NCBI RefSeq assembly: GCF_902713615.1
Contig: NC_052147.1
Location: 28,198,276 to 28,262,275, forward strand
From: Scyliorhinus canicula
Taxonomy: Eukaryota
Direction of reading: 5' to 3'
Length of the DNA: 64,000 bases
Shown here: positions 23,700 through 36,360 of the stretch, piece after piece
Position numbering within the stretch: the first letter of the stretch is position 1
Layout of the letters: each line of letters begins with the position of its first letter
The notes under the pieces: generated by a model
What the model saw: the letters and a program-made list of their open reading frames with translations, nothing else
What the model was told of the DNA's origin: nothing
Databases searched by the model: none
Position numbers and translations under genes: made by a program

Positions 23700-24300
23700 T
23701 CGCGCGTCTTCAATTTAACGTCGCGTGTTGCCTGCCTTAAGGGCAGAGGCTCGGCCGCGGGGCGAGGGCGGTCGGAAGCCGGCACTCCTCCCCTGGGACA
23801 CATCGCTCCGCTTTGTCAATAAAGTTTCTTCTATCGCGCGACGGGAAAGCCCCGGCCACCTCGAAGCATCGCGGCCTCCGATTGGCCAGCGCTGGGGCGG
23901 GGAGAGCGCGTGGCGAGCGGCACCGGGACAGGCCCAGTACCAGGACCAGGCGCTCTTCTCAGGTAAACAAAAAAGCAGAGTCTTCGCTCTTGTTCCACGG
24001 CAGCTCTTGGCTCGGGCCTTTGATGGTGAAGTTCAGTCAGTCAGTCCTGTTCAACTCCGGGCCCGGCTCGCGACTTTGGCTGGCGGGCGGTAGTGAGGTC
24101 TCGTCATTCGGGGGGAGGGGGAACGATCCTTGAAGCTCCCCGCGGGCATCTCCCGGGGCTTCTTACCCGATATACCACTTTACTTATCACCCCCCCACCT
24201 CCCCCTGTCAGGCAGTAAAAATTCCCCGAGGCGTTTCGCGGCAGCGTTTTCCGGGCAAAGTGGAGAAATGTCCGTTTGAGACGCGCCCGACTGAAAAGCT
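23700..24300 (+). promoter_or_regulatory. CpG island promoter and probable non-coding exon 1 of DDX24
   Basis: CpG-rich; reverse CCAAT (ATTGG 23881-23885) and GC box GGGGCGGGG (23894-23902); candidate donor CAG|GTAAAC at 23962/23963; nearest island upstream of the DDX24 acceptor at 26678. Confidence 0.75.
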
Positions 24301-24584
24301 TCGTCAAGGTGTTGGGTTTGAAGGATCATCGTGAAGGAGGGAGGGGAGTCCAGAACCTGGGACTTGGGCAGCTAAAGGCAAGGCCGCCAAAGTTGGAAAG
24401 GGTGCACGAGAAGAAAGAATTGGGACAAGAGCCCGGGTGGATGGTGGTTGTGGGAGTTTACAGAGATTTAACTCTGCATTAAGCAGAGATCCGAAACTCC
24501 TTACGATTCAGAAACTTCCCGCATCGTGCAGTTACACAGTGAGTCTGGGGTGCCTTTAAAAAAAACTGGTAGAAATGATTCAAC

Positions 24585-26498
24585 GATTGCTGCTGTTTGC
24601 GCTGGTCATAGAGCCATTGGCCATGGCTCCCTGGGGGTCGGCAGAGTGGCAGGGGATAACGAGGGGACAGAGGGAACATTAGGTGTCACTCTATGCCGAT
24701 GACCTCTTGCTGTACGTTTTGGATCAGTTGGAGAGTATTTTGAAGGATTATGGGCCTGTTGGGGAGGTTTGGAGGGTTCTCGGGATACAAGCTGAATGTA
24801 GGGAAAAGCGAGGTATTCCCGGTGAATGAGCTGGCACAGTGGGCTAATTTAGGGGGGGGGGGGGGGTGCCATTTATGTTTGCGAGGGATAGGTTTAGGTA
24901 CTTGGGAATTCAGGTAGCGAGGGAATGGACGGGGCTCCATAAGTGGAACTTAACAAAGCTGGTGGAGGAGGCCAGGGAGGATCTTAAGAGGTGGGATACA
25001 TTGCACTTACTGTTGGCGGGGAGGGTCCAAGTGGTGAAAATGAATATTCTGCCGAGGTTGTTGTTTATCTTTCAGGCTCTCCCGATCTTTATACCAATGC
25101 CTTTTTTTGGAAAGTGGACACAATCATCTCTGACTTTGTATGGGCGGGGAAGTTTGCCACGGGTGGGAAGGACCCTGCTACAGAGGCAGGGTCAAACTTG
25201 CTACATTATTATTGGGCAGCGAATGTAGACAAGGTGTGGCGGCGGTGGGAAGGAGAAGGGGTAGAGTGGGTTAGGATGGAGGAGGAATCTTGTAAGGCGT
25301 CTAGTTTTAGGGCTATGGTGATGGCAGCATTGCCAATGACTCCGAGTAGATATTCGGGGAGCCCAGTGGTGCAGTCCACGGTGAAGATATGGAATCAGCT
25401 GAGGAGGCATTTGAGGATGGAAAGGATGTCGGAGCTAACGCCGCTGTGCGAGAATCATGGGTTTGAGCCGGGGGGATGGATAGTGTATACAGGAGGTGGA
25501 GGGAAGTGAGGCTGGTCAAGGTGAGGGATTTGTATTTGGAGGAAGGGTTCGCCAGTCTGGAGGAGCTAAGGGAGAGGGTAGAGCTGCCTAGGGGTAGTGA
25601 GTTCAGGTATCTACAGGTTGGGAACTTTGCACAAAAAGTCTGGAAGGGGTTCCCTAGATTGCCGGGATACACCCTGCTGGAGCGACTGCTGCTTCCGGAT
25701 GTGGAAGGGGAGGGAAGAATTGGGTATATATACAAGTGGCTGGGGGAGCAGGGAGGCGAGCGAGTGGTGACGATCAAGGAGAAATGGGAAGCGGAGTTGG
25801 GAATGGAGATCAATTGGAGAGTATGGAGTGAGGCACTGCGAAGGGTAAACGGGACCTCCTCTTGTGCAAGGATGAGTCTGATACAGTTCAAGGTGGTGCA
25901 CAGGGTGCATATGACTCAGGCGAGAATGAATGGGTTCTTTCAGGGGGTAGCAGATGAGTGTGGGTGGGGGCCAGCGAATCATGCGCACATGTTTTGGGGT
26001 TGTGAAAAATGAGGAAGATTCTGGGCAGGAGTGTTCACGGTCTTAGCCAGGATAGTGGAGGAGGGAGTGGACCCAGAGCCTTTAGTGGCGATATTTAGGG
26101 TTTCAGAGAAGCCGGAGCTCATGGAGAGGCGGAAGGCCGATGTCTTGGCCTTTGCCTCTCTGATTGCATAGCGACGAATTTTGCTGGAGTGGCGGTCAGC
26201 ATCGCCACCGGGGGTAGCAGCATGATTGGGTCACCTATATGACTTCCTGCGGTTAGAGAAGATAAAGTATGAGTTAAGGGGCTCAGTAGAGGAGTTTGAG
26301 ATAAGGTGGGGGATGTTTGTGACCGTGTTTGAGGAGCTGTTCATCGCAAGAGGGTGGGGGGGTGATGGGGAGGGGGTGAAAAAGGAGAAAAATCTGTGCA
26401 AACTGTATAGTTGATTATTAGGAAAAATGTTTCCTGGGGTGTTTATTTGCTGTAACCTAATTTAATACAAGTTTGAATAAAATGTGTTTTTAAAAAAA
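24585..26498 (+). mobile_element. 5'-truncated L1/Tx1-clade LINE in DDX24 intron 1
   Basis: LYADDLLLY near 24690, FRYLGIQV, LAGRVQVVKMNILPR, ANHAHMFWGC; frameshifted; AATAAA plus A tail; 14-bp TSD agaaatgattcaac (24571-24584 and 26499-26512). Confidence 0.92.
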
Positions 26499-26685
26499 AG
26501 AAATGATTCAACATGATATGCAACCAGTGAGTTTCCTGTCTCACTCACTACTCCCGTTTAATTGAGGAGATTTTGTTGTTTACCGAGGGCTGGATGTTGT
26601 TGACAGATTGATTGTCACGCGAAGGAAAGATTATTAACTTGGTTTTCCTAATTTTTGCTCCTGGTTTTTTTTGCTTAGGGTCAAA

Positions 26686-27388
26686 ATGAAAGAAGGTAAG
26701 AAGAGAAAGAAGTTTTTTTCGCCTTCAAAAGCCCAACGGAAGAAAATTCAAGTAACTGGACAATGGAAGCCAATGGAGATAGACCCAGCTCTCTTCGGTG
26801 AGGAAAATTTGGAAGGATTGATTTGTTTTGAAGAGCTTACCGATTATCAGTTGGTTGGTGCTGATAAATCAACAGAGAAGAAGGCAAAAAAAAGGAAGTC
26901 TGATATTTCGGAGGTGTTTGATTCGTCGCCAAAGAAGCAGAAAATTAGTGATACTTTACCAAAATTGACGCAAACAATAAAGGAAAAAGGGAAAAAGAAA
27001 AAGATTAATGTTCACCATGCTGGGGTTGAAGAGGCTGATATTGACTTCTCTGAGGATATAAATGAACTTGAACTTTCAAATGAAAAGGAGACAGCAGAGG
27101 CGGAAGCAAACGTTACTGTAGTTTCCAAGAAAGGGAAAAGGAGGAAAAAAAAATCTGTAGCTTCTCAAGGCCCAGCTCTCGTGATGAAAGCAAAAAACTG
27201 GGCAATACAACATTCCAGTTCTTCTGAGCAGGCAACTGATGTTTCTGCCTGGAAAGATCTGTTTGTCCCAGAATCAGTACTCCGAGCCCTGAGTTCTCTT
27301 GGTTATACTGCTCCTACTCCCATCCAAACCCTAGTGCTCCCACCTGCTATTAGAGACAAACTAGACATCCTTGGAGCTGCAGAAACAG
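26686..27388 (+). CDS. DDX24: DDX24 DEAD-box RNA helicase, first coding exon
   Basis: Acceptor ttgcttag|G at 26678/26679, ATG at 26686. Contains the DDX24-typical GLICFEELTDY, basic NLS-like runs, Q motif GYTAPTPIQ and the start of Walker A (GAAETG). Donor G|gttggt, phase 1. Confidence 0.95.
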
Positions 27389-29293
27389 GTTGGTACAATA
27401 ATTTTCCAATATGTTGAACAAGGTCATTAGTAAACCAAGTACATTGTTAACTGCTGGTTACTTGTATATGAATGTACCAAAATGTAGCCATTTGGATATT
27501 TTGTCATTTATAGCTTCATAGCAATATGACCTTATCACCATTTGAGGTGCAGTAACTTAACTGCTGTTACATAGCCCTTTTGTCCTGAATGTCACACAGC
27601 CAGTGAAGTGCTTCAGAAATGCAATCACAATTATATAGTTAAAGACAGTCACGCAAACAGTATATGAGGTAAATTGCCATATAATAATCTTTATTGTCAC
27701 AAGTAGGCTTACATTAAGACTGCAATGAAGTTACTGTGAAAAGCACCTAGTCGCCACATTCCGGTGTCTGTTATAGTCTCTTTTCGATAGTGTTCTCAGG
27801 ATAAATACTTGGAGAACTCTTGACGTGTTTCAAATCATGCTATGGGATTACTTGTGTCCACCTCAGCAGACTGACAAGGCCTCAATTAAATGTCTCATCT
27901 GAAAAGTGGCATCTTAAACATTGCTGCTGTCCGCTTGTATATATCTTGTGTAAACTGCTGTTGTGGTCTTGAACTCGCAACATGTATTGCTAAATAAGTC
28001 AAGCTGACATCTCGCTGCATAATAAAAAAGTAGCTTACTCCCTCAAAGAAATATAGTCACTCACCCACTCGCTTTCTTTTAGCATTCAGTCACTGAAAAC
28101 TGTCGCTATAATTTGTCTGGGGAGTTTTACTTTTGAAGCCTATCCATCGTCTCGTGGGAAAATAAGGAAAGTGTTTAGAAAAAGCTTAAGTGCTGTAATT
28201 TAGTAAAGTCACTCAATGGTGGTGGTGGATCTAAAACACTCTGTGGCCAGTTATAACATGATTATATTTTGAGTGAAGCCCTACTTAACATAGTAGAATT
28301 TTGTTGTGCCTTTTAACAATTCTGTACCCGAGTTGGGAGTTCTTCTAGTGCTGAATTAAGTGCATATTATAACTGATGCCCACCAACTTCTTTGGCTGAC
28401 TTACTAAATTACACTACTAAAGACTTCTAAAACGTTAGCAACTTTCTCCACAGGAAGACTAATAGCCTTCAAAAATGCAATTCACTAAATCAGTTTTGCC
28501 AACAATATTGCAATGATTGCTCAAAGTGAGAGAATGTGATGAGCAACAGTTTTTTTGAGGGGGTATTTATTGCACAATGTGATGCCAGCTTTCCTTGCGT
28601 GGGGTAGCATTTACTTGAATCAATAGGTTGAGTTCAAGCTCCATAAAAGTAATTGTGCACGTGATCTAGGCTGACATGCAACATTGAGTGAATGCAGCAC
28701 TGTTCAGGGTGCCATCTTTTGGATGAAACATTAAAGTGAGGCTTTGCTTATTTGGGTGAAATTTTTATTTGGAAACTCGTGCACCAGTTAATTGATGGTT
28801 TGGGATTTACCTAAAGCATTTTTGGGGAAACATTGGTGAATCTTCCCATTCCCTGACATCTGTCTGTGCTGGATTAAAACCCAGGTTATGGACAGAAAGG
28901 ATAGTGTCTATCTGACTGCTATGATTTCAATCTTCTGCAACAAGCACATTTAGATTGTTTCAAATGGACTCTTTTAAGAAACATTGTACGTATGTGACTG
29001 GAGTAACGTTCTAGTTAACAAATTAAATGGCCAATTTTTATGCAAATGACTTGAGACTGTATTAGTTATGATCCACAAGTTTGGTAAGCGTTTCGGTTGT
29101 ACCCACTTAGCTCAGTAAAAATTTATATTTTAAATTTTGCTCATATATTAGCCTTCTAAGTTCAGTTATTTTCTGAATCACATCGTGTCCTTTTCCCTAC
29201 TTCAGTAAAACTGTTGAATGTAGTCATGTACAAAGCCTTGATGTAAAACTTGCTCATTGTATACTATTGATTTCTTTTGTGATCTATATTGAG

Positions 29294-29600
29294 GTGGCAT
29301 GGTAGCACAGTGGTTAGCACAGTTGCTTCACAGCTCCAGGGTCCCAGGTTCGATTCCCGGCTTGGATCACTGTGTGGAGTCTGCACGTTGTCCCCGTGTG
29401 TGCGTGGGTTTCCTCCCGGTGCTCCAGTTTCCTCCCACAGTCCAAAGATGTGCGGGTTAGGTGGATTGGCCATGGTAAATTTTGCTGGGTTACAGAAATA
29501 GGGTGGAGGTGTGGGCTTAAGTAGGGTGCTCTTTCCAACAGCCGGTGCAGACTCAATGGGACAAATGGCCTCCTTCTGTACTGTAAATTCTATGATTCTA
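29294..29600 (+). mobile_element. HE1-type SINE with CR1-like tail
   Basis: tRNA head, V-like core and attctatg tail; similar copies at 30861-31192, 33120-33403, 52842-53177 and 62750-63090. Confidence 0.85.
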
Positions 29601-29832
29601 TATCTGGGTTTCATGTTTTTAAATGAGGTATTTCCCAGAGTAAATATTAGTGATATTAAAAATCAACTCAAGTATTTGATCACTGTCATAGAGTAAAATA
29701 TTATTCTGCTGTGCTGACCAATATAACAATTCTGGGACATTTAGATTATAAATGTATAAAACAGTTTTTGATGTGCTGGCTTAAGCTGAATTATATGACT
29801 CTTTTCTGATTGACTTTTTCTTTAACTTGAAG

Positions 29833-30204
29833 GTAGTGGTAAAACACTAGCATTTGCTATTCCCATGATCCACCTTATATTAGAGTGGAGGCGAGCTAAA
29901 GATGCTAAATTGAAAATAAGTGAGGAATCACAGCAAGATGACCAGGATACGAATGACAATCACGAAGCAGTCAGTGATGAGATACTGGAAAATACAAATG
30001 ATCTCCTGGAAGAAGATGAGGAAACAAATGAAGAGAATCTTGCATCTCCGAGCATAGGCTGTGTAAAAGTTATCAACAATGTAAATTTTGATTTTGGTGC
30101 AGCTTCTAATGTTGAAAATCCATTATTGGGTCTGATACTGACACCAACAAGAGAATTAGCTGTCCAGGTAAAGCATCATATTGATGCTGTCGCCAAATTC
30201 ACTG
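29833..30204 (+). CDS. DDX24: DDX24 coding exon 2
   Basis: aag|GT AGT GGT AAA ACA completes AETGSGKT; acidic insert; motif Ia PTRELAVQ; donor G|gtaagt. Confidence 0.95.
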
Positions 30205-30860
30205 GTAAGTATACAGTAACTTTGCAAAATTTTACAGTGTGGTGCAAGATAGTAATGCTTTTCAGGACTACTCCCTGAACTTGTTAGCAAAATAACGCCA
30301 CTAGTGAAATTCCAAATTTTCCAGAATGAGACTACAGAGAGTAATAAGTACCTAGAGTTGTCTTATGTAGCACTATTCTCTTTCCCCATGGTGGTTATTG
30401 ATATTTGGAATAAATTTAGAGTTGTAATCCAGTTAGGATCATCATCCTAAGCATGTGGTCCTTGAAGGATATTCGAAAATGCTCTTAGCATGAAGCAAAA
30501 TTTCACCGTAGTATAATTAATTCCTGATTTTCATCCAGTCAGTTGGCAAGTGGAAATGGTATGAGCAATAGTTTTATTGTAACCAGCCCTTTCACTTTAC
30601 ATAAATTAGGGTAGATGTGTTTCTTAATAGCAATACCTTGCCACATTTTGCTGACATGCAAGAAGGAAGAACAACACTAACTCTCATCTCAACAATTGGG
30701 TAGCTTTAGATTGTAGATTTACACGGAAGTAAGTGTTCTTTGCAGCTTTTGTTCCTTTTGTGTATTTTTGCACAAAGTGCAAGATGGTGGTGGTATAAGA
30801 ATTTTGTTTTTGGGAGAGAATATCTTTTTTTGGAAAAAGTCCCTTTTAGTGAGAGAAGAT

Positions 30861-31192
30861 GGGCAGCACGGTCGCACAGTGGTTAGACAGTTGCTTCACA
30901 GCTCCAGGGTCACAGGTTCAATTCCCGGCTTAGGTCACTGTCTGTGCAGAGTCTGCACGTTCTCCCTGTGTCTGCGTAAGTTTCCTCTGAGTGCTCTGGT
31001 TTCCTCCCACAGTCCAAAGATGTACAGGTTAGGTGGATTGGCTATGCCAAATTGCCCTTAGTGTCCAAAAAGGTTGGGTGGGGTTACTTGGATAGGGTGG
31101 AGGTGTGGGCTTAGGTAGGGTGCTCTTTCCAAGGGCTGGTGCAGACTTAATGGGCCGAATGGCTTCCTGCACAGTATATTCTCTGATTCTAT
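30861..31192 (+). mobile_element. HE1-type SINE with CR1-like tail
   Basis: Homologous to 29294-29600. Confidence 0.85.
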
Positions 31193-32281
31193 GGTATTGA
31201 ATTTGAAGAAATTATGAAATGTATATCCGTGTTCATGAATGTATTTTACAGTATACCACCTTTGCTCAGTATGGAATAGATGTTTGCAAATTATAAATCA
31301 GTTGGTTCATGCCATTAAGGACGTATTGATCTGAGACTGGGTTCTTCCCTATTTGCTTGGGGGGGTTGATTGAAAGAGAATTGAAAAGCAAGTAAGTCTT
31401 GTCCATTCTATTTCTTTCACTTTGGTTAATGTCTCATGGTCTATGTCTACACATTATGTGAACAGCAGATGACCTGTATACCACCTTTGTTTCGTGACTG
31501 ATTGTGTGACTGATTGTAGGAAGACATAAAAGTCAGCTGAAATCAGCATTGCATTGTAAAACTGATTCGATATGCTGCCCATTTTTCTTTTGGTGATTTC
31601 AATCTTGCGATGGATCTTCGAATACTGATCGTGACTGAAAAGCCAGCCTGTCTCATTGCTGCAGTCAGAAAGCTATAAGTGTATATGGAATGGATGGTCC
31701 TAATTAGAAAAACAGTAGTAACCTAGGTGCATTGCCAGTAAGCTTTGAGATTGTAACAGCATCCCATGTATGCATTTGGGCTCCCTTAGCTTTGTTCCTC
31801 CAACCTACATCTAAGTTCTTTGCCCTGGAATAAGTGGAGTAAGAGTGAATACTGCGTAACCAAAAATAAAATGTACTTGAGACAAAATACAATAGGATAT
31901 TGGCAATCTGACATACAAGTTGTTTTTTTTTTAATGCTGCTGAAAATACTATGCAAGGGAGATAAAGTCAGCATATGTGGCTTTCACCAGTACTTTTTGG
32001 GGAAGGCGCAGTACTCCCCAACACCAGCATCAGACATACGTAGGTTATGTATATTCTACATCAGGACAGAGGTTCCTAAACCTCTCCAGGTCCTAAATGA
32101 GGTTATCAAGGTGTGCGGGCAGGATGAGTTGGTGTGAGCCCATTAAAGGATATATGAATTGTTGTCGCCAATTTGTAGAAATGGTCACAAGGCCCATCGG
32201 ATCTGCTTTGTCAAATTAATCTCCAAAAGGGAGGTTTAGCAAAAAGAAATGTTTGGTTATCTCTGCAGTAGGATATTACTC

Positions 32282-32499
32282 GCAGCGCAGTGGTTAGCGC
32301 TGCTGCCTCACGACGCCGAGGTCCCAGGATCAATCCCGGCTCTGGGTCACTATACGTTTGGAGTTTGCACATTCTCCCCCGTGCTTGCATGGGTTTCGCC
32401 CCCACAACCCAAAAGATGTGCAGGGTAGGTGGATTGGCCATACTAAATTGCCCATTAATTGGAAAAAAATGAATTGGGTACTCCTAAATTTAAAAAAAA
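32282..32499 (+). mobile_element. HE1-type SINE (short form)
   Basis: A tail; TSD gatattactc (32272-32281 and 32500-32509). Confidence 0.85.
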
Positions 32500-32781
32500 G
32501 ATATTACTCCCCACTGCACTATGTGAATTTTTCCACTTCCCCCAACATATTACATTTTTAGGAAAAGTGTTAATTTGTACCAAATAATGAGCAGATTTCG
32601 GAGAGACCCATGCCAGTAGAACAAGGTCAAGACTGACCAGTATCAATTGGAATGCAGCAGAGGAAGTACAGAACGCTGGGCCAGATTTGAATTCTATTTT
32701 CAGTATCTTAACTCTCCCTCCTTTTAAATATATATTTTTTGTATATATAAATACCTCTCCCTAAATCCATACCTTTTACAG

Positions 32782-32935
32782 GGATCAGAACGGCAACAAT
32801 AGTTGGAGGTATGGCTGCTCAGAAGCAGGAAAGGGTTTTGAATTGCAGACCAGAAATTGTGATTGCGACACCGGGGAGACTGTGGGAACTGATAAAGGAG
32901 AGACATCCACATCTCTGTCATTTGAAACAGCTCAG
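32782..32935 (+). CDS. DDX24: DDX24 coding exon 3 (154 nt)
   Basis: ttttacag|GG ATC...; IRTATIVGGMAAQKQERVLNCRPEIVIATPGRLWELIKERHPHL (GG doublet and TPGRL motif); donor AG|gtaagt. Confidence 0.95.
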
Positions 32936-34428
32936 GTAAGTCAAAATCGGTTAGAATGTGTTGTAGTAGTGATGAGAAGAAATGTGGTTTGCATCAGATT
33001 ATGTAATGGTTGAAAGAAATGATATACATTTGTATTGCATATTTTGCAACCTTAGGATGTCCTAAATTGTTTAATGTTATGTATTTTTCAATTGTAGTCA
33101 CTGTTGTAAGACAAACCAGCAACAGAAACCCGGGTTCAATTCCACCCATGGGTCTGTGTGGAGTTTGCACGTTCTCCCGTGTCTGAATGGGTTTCCTCCG
33201 GGTATTCTAGTTTCCTCCCAAGTCCAAAGAGTGCAAGTTAGGTGGATTGGCCATGCTAAATTGCCCCTTGGTGTCCAAAGTTGTGCAGGTTAGGTAGGGT
33301 AATGGGGATAGGGCAGGGCAATGAGCCTAGGGTAGGGTACTTTTTCATCTGGTGCAGACTCGATGAGCCAAATGGCCTCCTCCTGCACTGTAGGGATTCT
33401 ATGTCTAAGACCCTACGAACAGTGGTGAGCTAAATGATTGGGAACCCACTCTTATAATGTTGCATGAGTTGATGCTGGCTTGGACTCTGTGAGAACTCCC
33501 TAGTTCTTTGAATCCTGTACGTTACCTAAACAAAAGACCAGGACCTGGAGTATGATTTTAAAAGTTACCTCTCTAACAATGCAATACTTCCTCCAGTGCT
33601 GTTAAAATATCAACCTAGATTATTGTGCTGATGTCCTGGAGGGAGCTTGAACCCACAATCGCCTGAACTCATGAGAGCATTTACCTGAGTTTGAAGTTTT
33701 GATGCAAAGTAAATTATCAGAGAAAATAGTAAGTGTTTGTTTATCCACAAAAGAATATATATTTGAGATCCTCTCTGAAATCAATTTACAGAGTGAGGCA
33801 AACCTTTCTGTAAATGCCCTGAGACAGGAATTGCAATCCTCTGCAGTTATTCTTTGTACCGATCGGGACACAAATGAGTGGCTTGCTCAGCCACTTAAGA
33901 GGACAGAGAAGAGTCCGACCTTTCATAAGAACAACCAGATTTTTGCCGCTAAAGACATTCGGGAAGCAGTTGGATTTTTGCAACATTCAGTCAGTTTCAT
34001 GCTCACTTTTTCATTTTAGATTCCTTTTAATTGAATTAAAATTCTCAAATTGACATAGTGGCAACTCGCGTTATTAGTCCAGGTTTCTGAATTATTGAGT
34101 AATAGTTACTCCACCATCATAGCAAGTCTTCCTTTCAGTTCATTTCAGTAGAGTTTAGTGAATTAGGGGCTTACTTTGATTGTAATATGATCCTAGTTTG
34201 TGTGAATATCTTATTTCTGACCAAATTAAAGTAAGCAATTCTTGGATATTTTTAGTAACTAATTAACCGGAAACATTCCCAATAGCTAATGTCTACTTTG
34301 AATGTGGTTAGATCCCTGGGCAAATGTTTATAGTGGACCTATTGTATAAACTATCACAGTAACTGTGTGATGTAAAACATTGTGAATGCAATACACTGTT
34401 GACCTGCTGTATTGTTCAATTGACCTAG

Positions 34429-34944
34429 GTGCCTGGTGATTGATGAAGCCGATCGCATGGTTGAAAAAGGACATTTTGCAGAACTATCTCAGCTGTTGGA
34501 ACTGCTACATGAAAAAGAATACCATCCAAAAAGAAGAATCTTTATATTTTCTGCTACTTTAACTATGGTTCATCAAGCTCCTCTAAGATTACTGGGAAAG
34601 AAGCATGTCAAGAAAATAAATACAGAAACAAAATTAGAAGATCTAATACAAAAAGTAGGCATCAAAGGAAAACCAAAAATAATAGATTTATCCAGGAAAG
34701 AGGGTACAGTTGAGACCCTCACTGAAACCAGAATTCCGTGTGAGACAGAGGAAAAAGATATATACCTGTATTATTTCCTGCTTCAGTATCCTGGCCGAAC
34801 AATGGTCTTTGCAAATAGTATAGATTGCATCAAACGTCTGAATGCACTGCTTACTATCCTGGAATGCAGTCCACTGCCGCTGCATGCAAACATGCATCAG
34901 AAACAGAGATTGAAGAACTTAGAAAGGTTTTCTGAGAGAGAGAG
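34429..34944 (+). CDS. DDX24: DDX24 coding exon 4 (516 nt)
   Basis: CLVIDEADRM (DEAD box), FSAT (motif III), VFANS (motif IV); AG/GT boundaries in phase 2. Confidence 0.96.
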
Positions 34945-35149
34945 GTAAGTTCTAAAACTGTAGGGGAAAATTGCAAATATATGTACCTCCCTGAGTTCTA
35001 TTCAAACTTTGCATGCACAAAATGCTTGGACGAAGCTTTATAAATATTTTGCATAAGTGTATCTACATGTATTCTGCTGGGCGACAGAACTGCATTTGGG
35101 GCCAGACCATATGAATAAGGTAGTGTCTGGCTGATTTGTACTGCATAAT

Positions 35150-35540
35150 CTAATAGAGATCTAATAGAAACTTACAAGATAATACATGGCTTAGAAAGGG
35201 TGGACGCAAAGAAACTGTTTCCGTTAGGCGAGGAGACGAGGACCCGTGGGCACAGCCTTAGAATTAGAGGGGGTAAATTCAGAACAGAAATGCGGAGACA
35301 TTTCTTCAGCCAGAGAGTGGTGGGCCTGTGGAATTCATTGCCGCGGAGTGCAGTGGAGGCCGGGATGCTAAATGGCTTCAAGGCAGAGATAGATAAATTC
35401 TTGATGTCGTGAGGAATTAAGGGCTACGGGGAGAATGCTGGTAGGTGGAGTTGAAATGCCCATCAGCCATGATTGAATGGCGGAGTGGACTCGATGGGCC
35501 GAATGGCCTTACTTCCACTCCTATGTCTTATGGTCTTATA
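35150..35540 (+). mobile_element. CR1 LINE 3' fragment
   Basis: LFPLGEETRTRGHSLRI...FFSQRVVGLWNSLP; tcttatgg tail. Confidence 0.87.
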
Positions 35541-35863
35541 ATGCTCATGGAACCTGCCTTCATAATGAGAGCAGAAAAAGGAAATAAACTGTCCATAAAG
35601 AGATTGTGATGAAAACCTACATTGATCTTCAGTAATCAACTTAACATTTTCCTTTTGGGATTTCAGTGGAACGAGTTTAATTGCAGGGAAATTGAGTTCA
35701 ATAAATGTTAACTTTATTTTTGTGAATACCAAAAAGGCTGGTTCAGAAGAACCATCTTGGTGTGGGTAACTGAAAGGGTATCATGTTTTTGTTGAAAATT
35801 TTGTTTTGGAAACTTAAGTGACAATTCTTTTCCTTAGCTTGTCTTTCTTTTACTGTTTTTCAG

Positions 35864-35939
35864 CTGTGTTTTATTAACCACAGATGTTGCAGCTCGAGGT
35901 CTGGACATTCCAAATGTACAGCATGTTATTCACTATCAG
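35864..35939 (+). CDS. DDX24: DDX24 coding exon 5 (76 nt)
   Basis: ttttcag|C TGT...; CVLLTTDVAARGLDIPNVQHVIHYQ (motif V); donor CAG|gtgagg. Confidence 0.95.
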
Positions 35940-36171
35940 GTGAGGCTGAAATAGTAACATCTGAACTCTTGACAAATTTTCCTTTACAAATTCTCTATGG
36001 TAGTGAATATTTATTTAACAATAAATAACCTGAACTGCAGCAGGTTTCTGCTGTATCATAGCACAAAGAACAAGATAGAAGTTTGACTTGATATGTCAGT
36101 ACATCAGACTTGTAATTTGAATCCAATATAACTTTTATACACATTGAACATTGCTATGCATTTTTGTACAG

Positions 36172-36360
36172 GTTCCCCGCACCACTGAAATCTATGTCCA
36201 CAGGAGTGGCAGAACAGCTCGAGCCACAAAAGATGGTCTGACATTGATGTTAGTTGGGCCAGATGACATGATGCGCTTCAAAAAGATATGCAAAACACTG
36301 GGCAAAGATGAAAATATTCCTCTGTTTCCAGTTCAAGCTAAATGTATGTCTGCAATTAAG
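36172..36360 (+). CDS. DDX24: DDX24 coding exon 6 (189 nt)
   Basis: VPRTTEIYVHRSGRTARA (motif VI) through MSAIK|gtaaat. Confidence 0.95.

Noticed and set aside
23725-24307. ORFs in the DDX24 CpG island
   Set aside because: GC-rich promoter sequence; the DDX24 CDS starts at 26686.
33620-34019. Overlapping 66-106 aa ORFs in a DDX24 intron
   Set aside because: Partly SINE-derived with no domain; the flanking DDX24 exons already join in frame.
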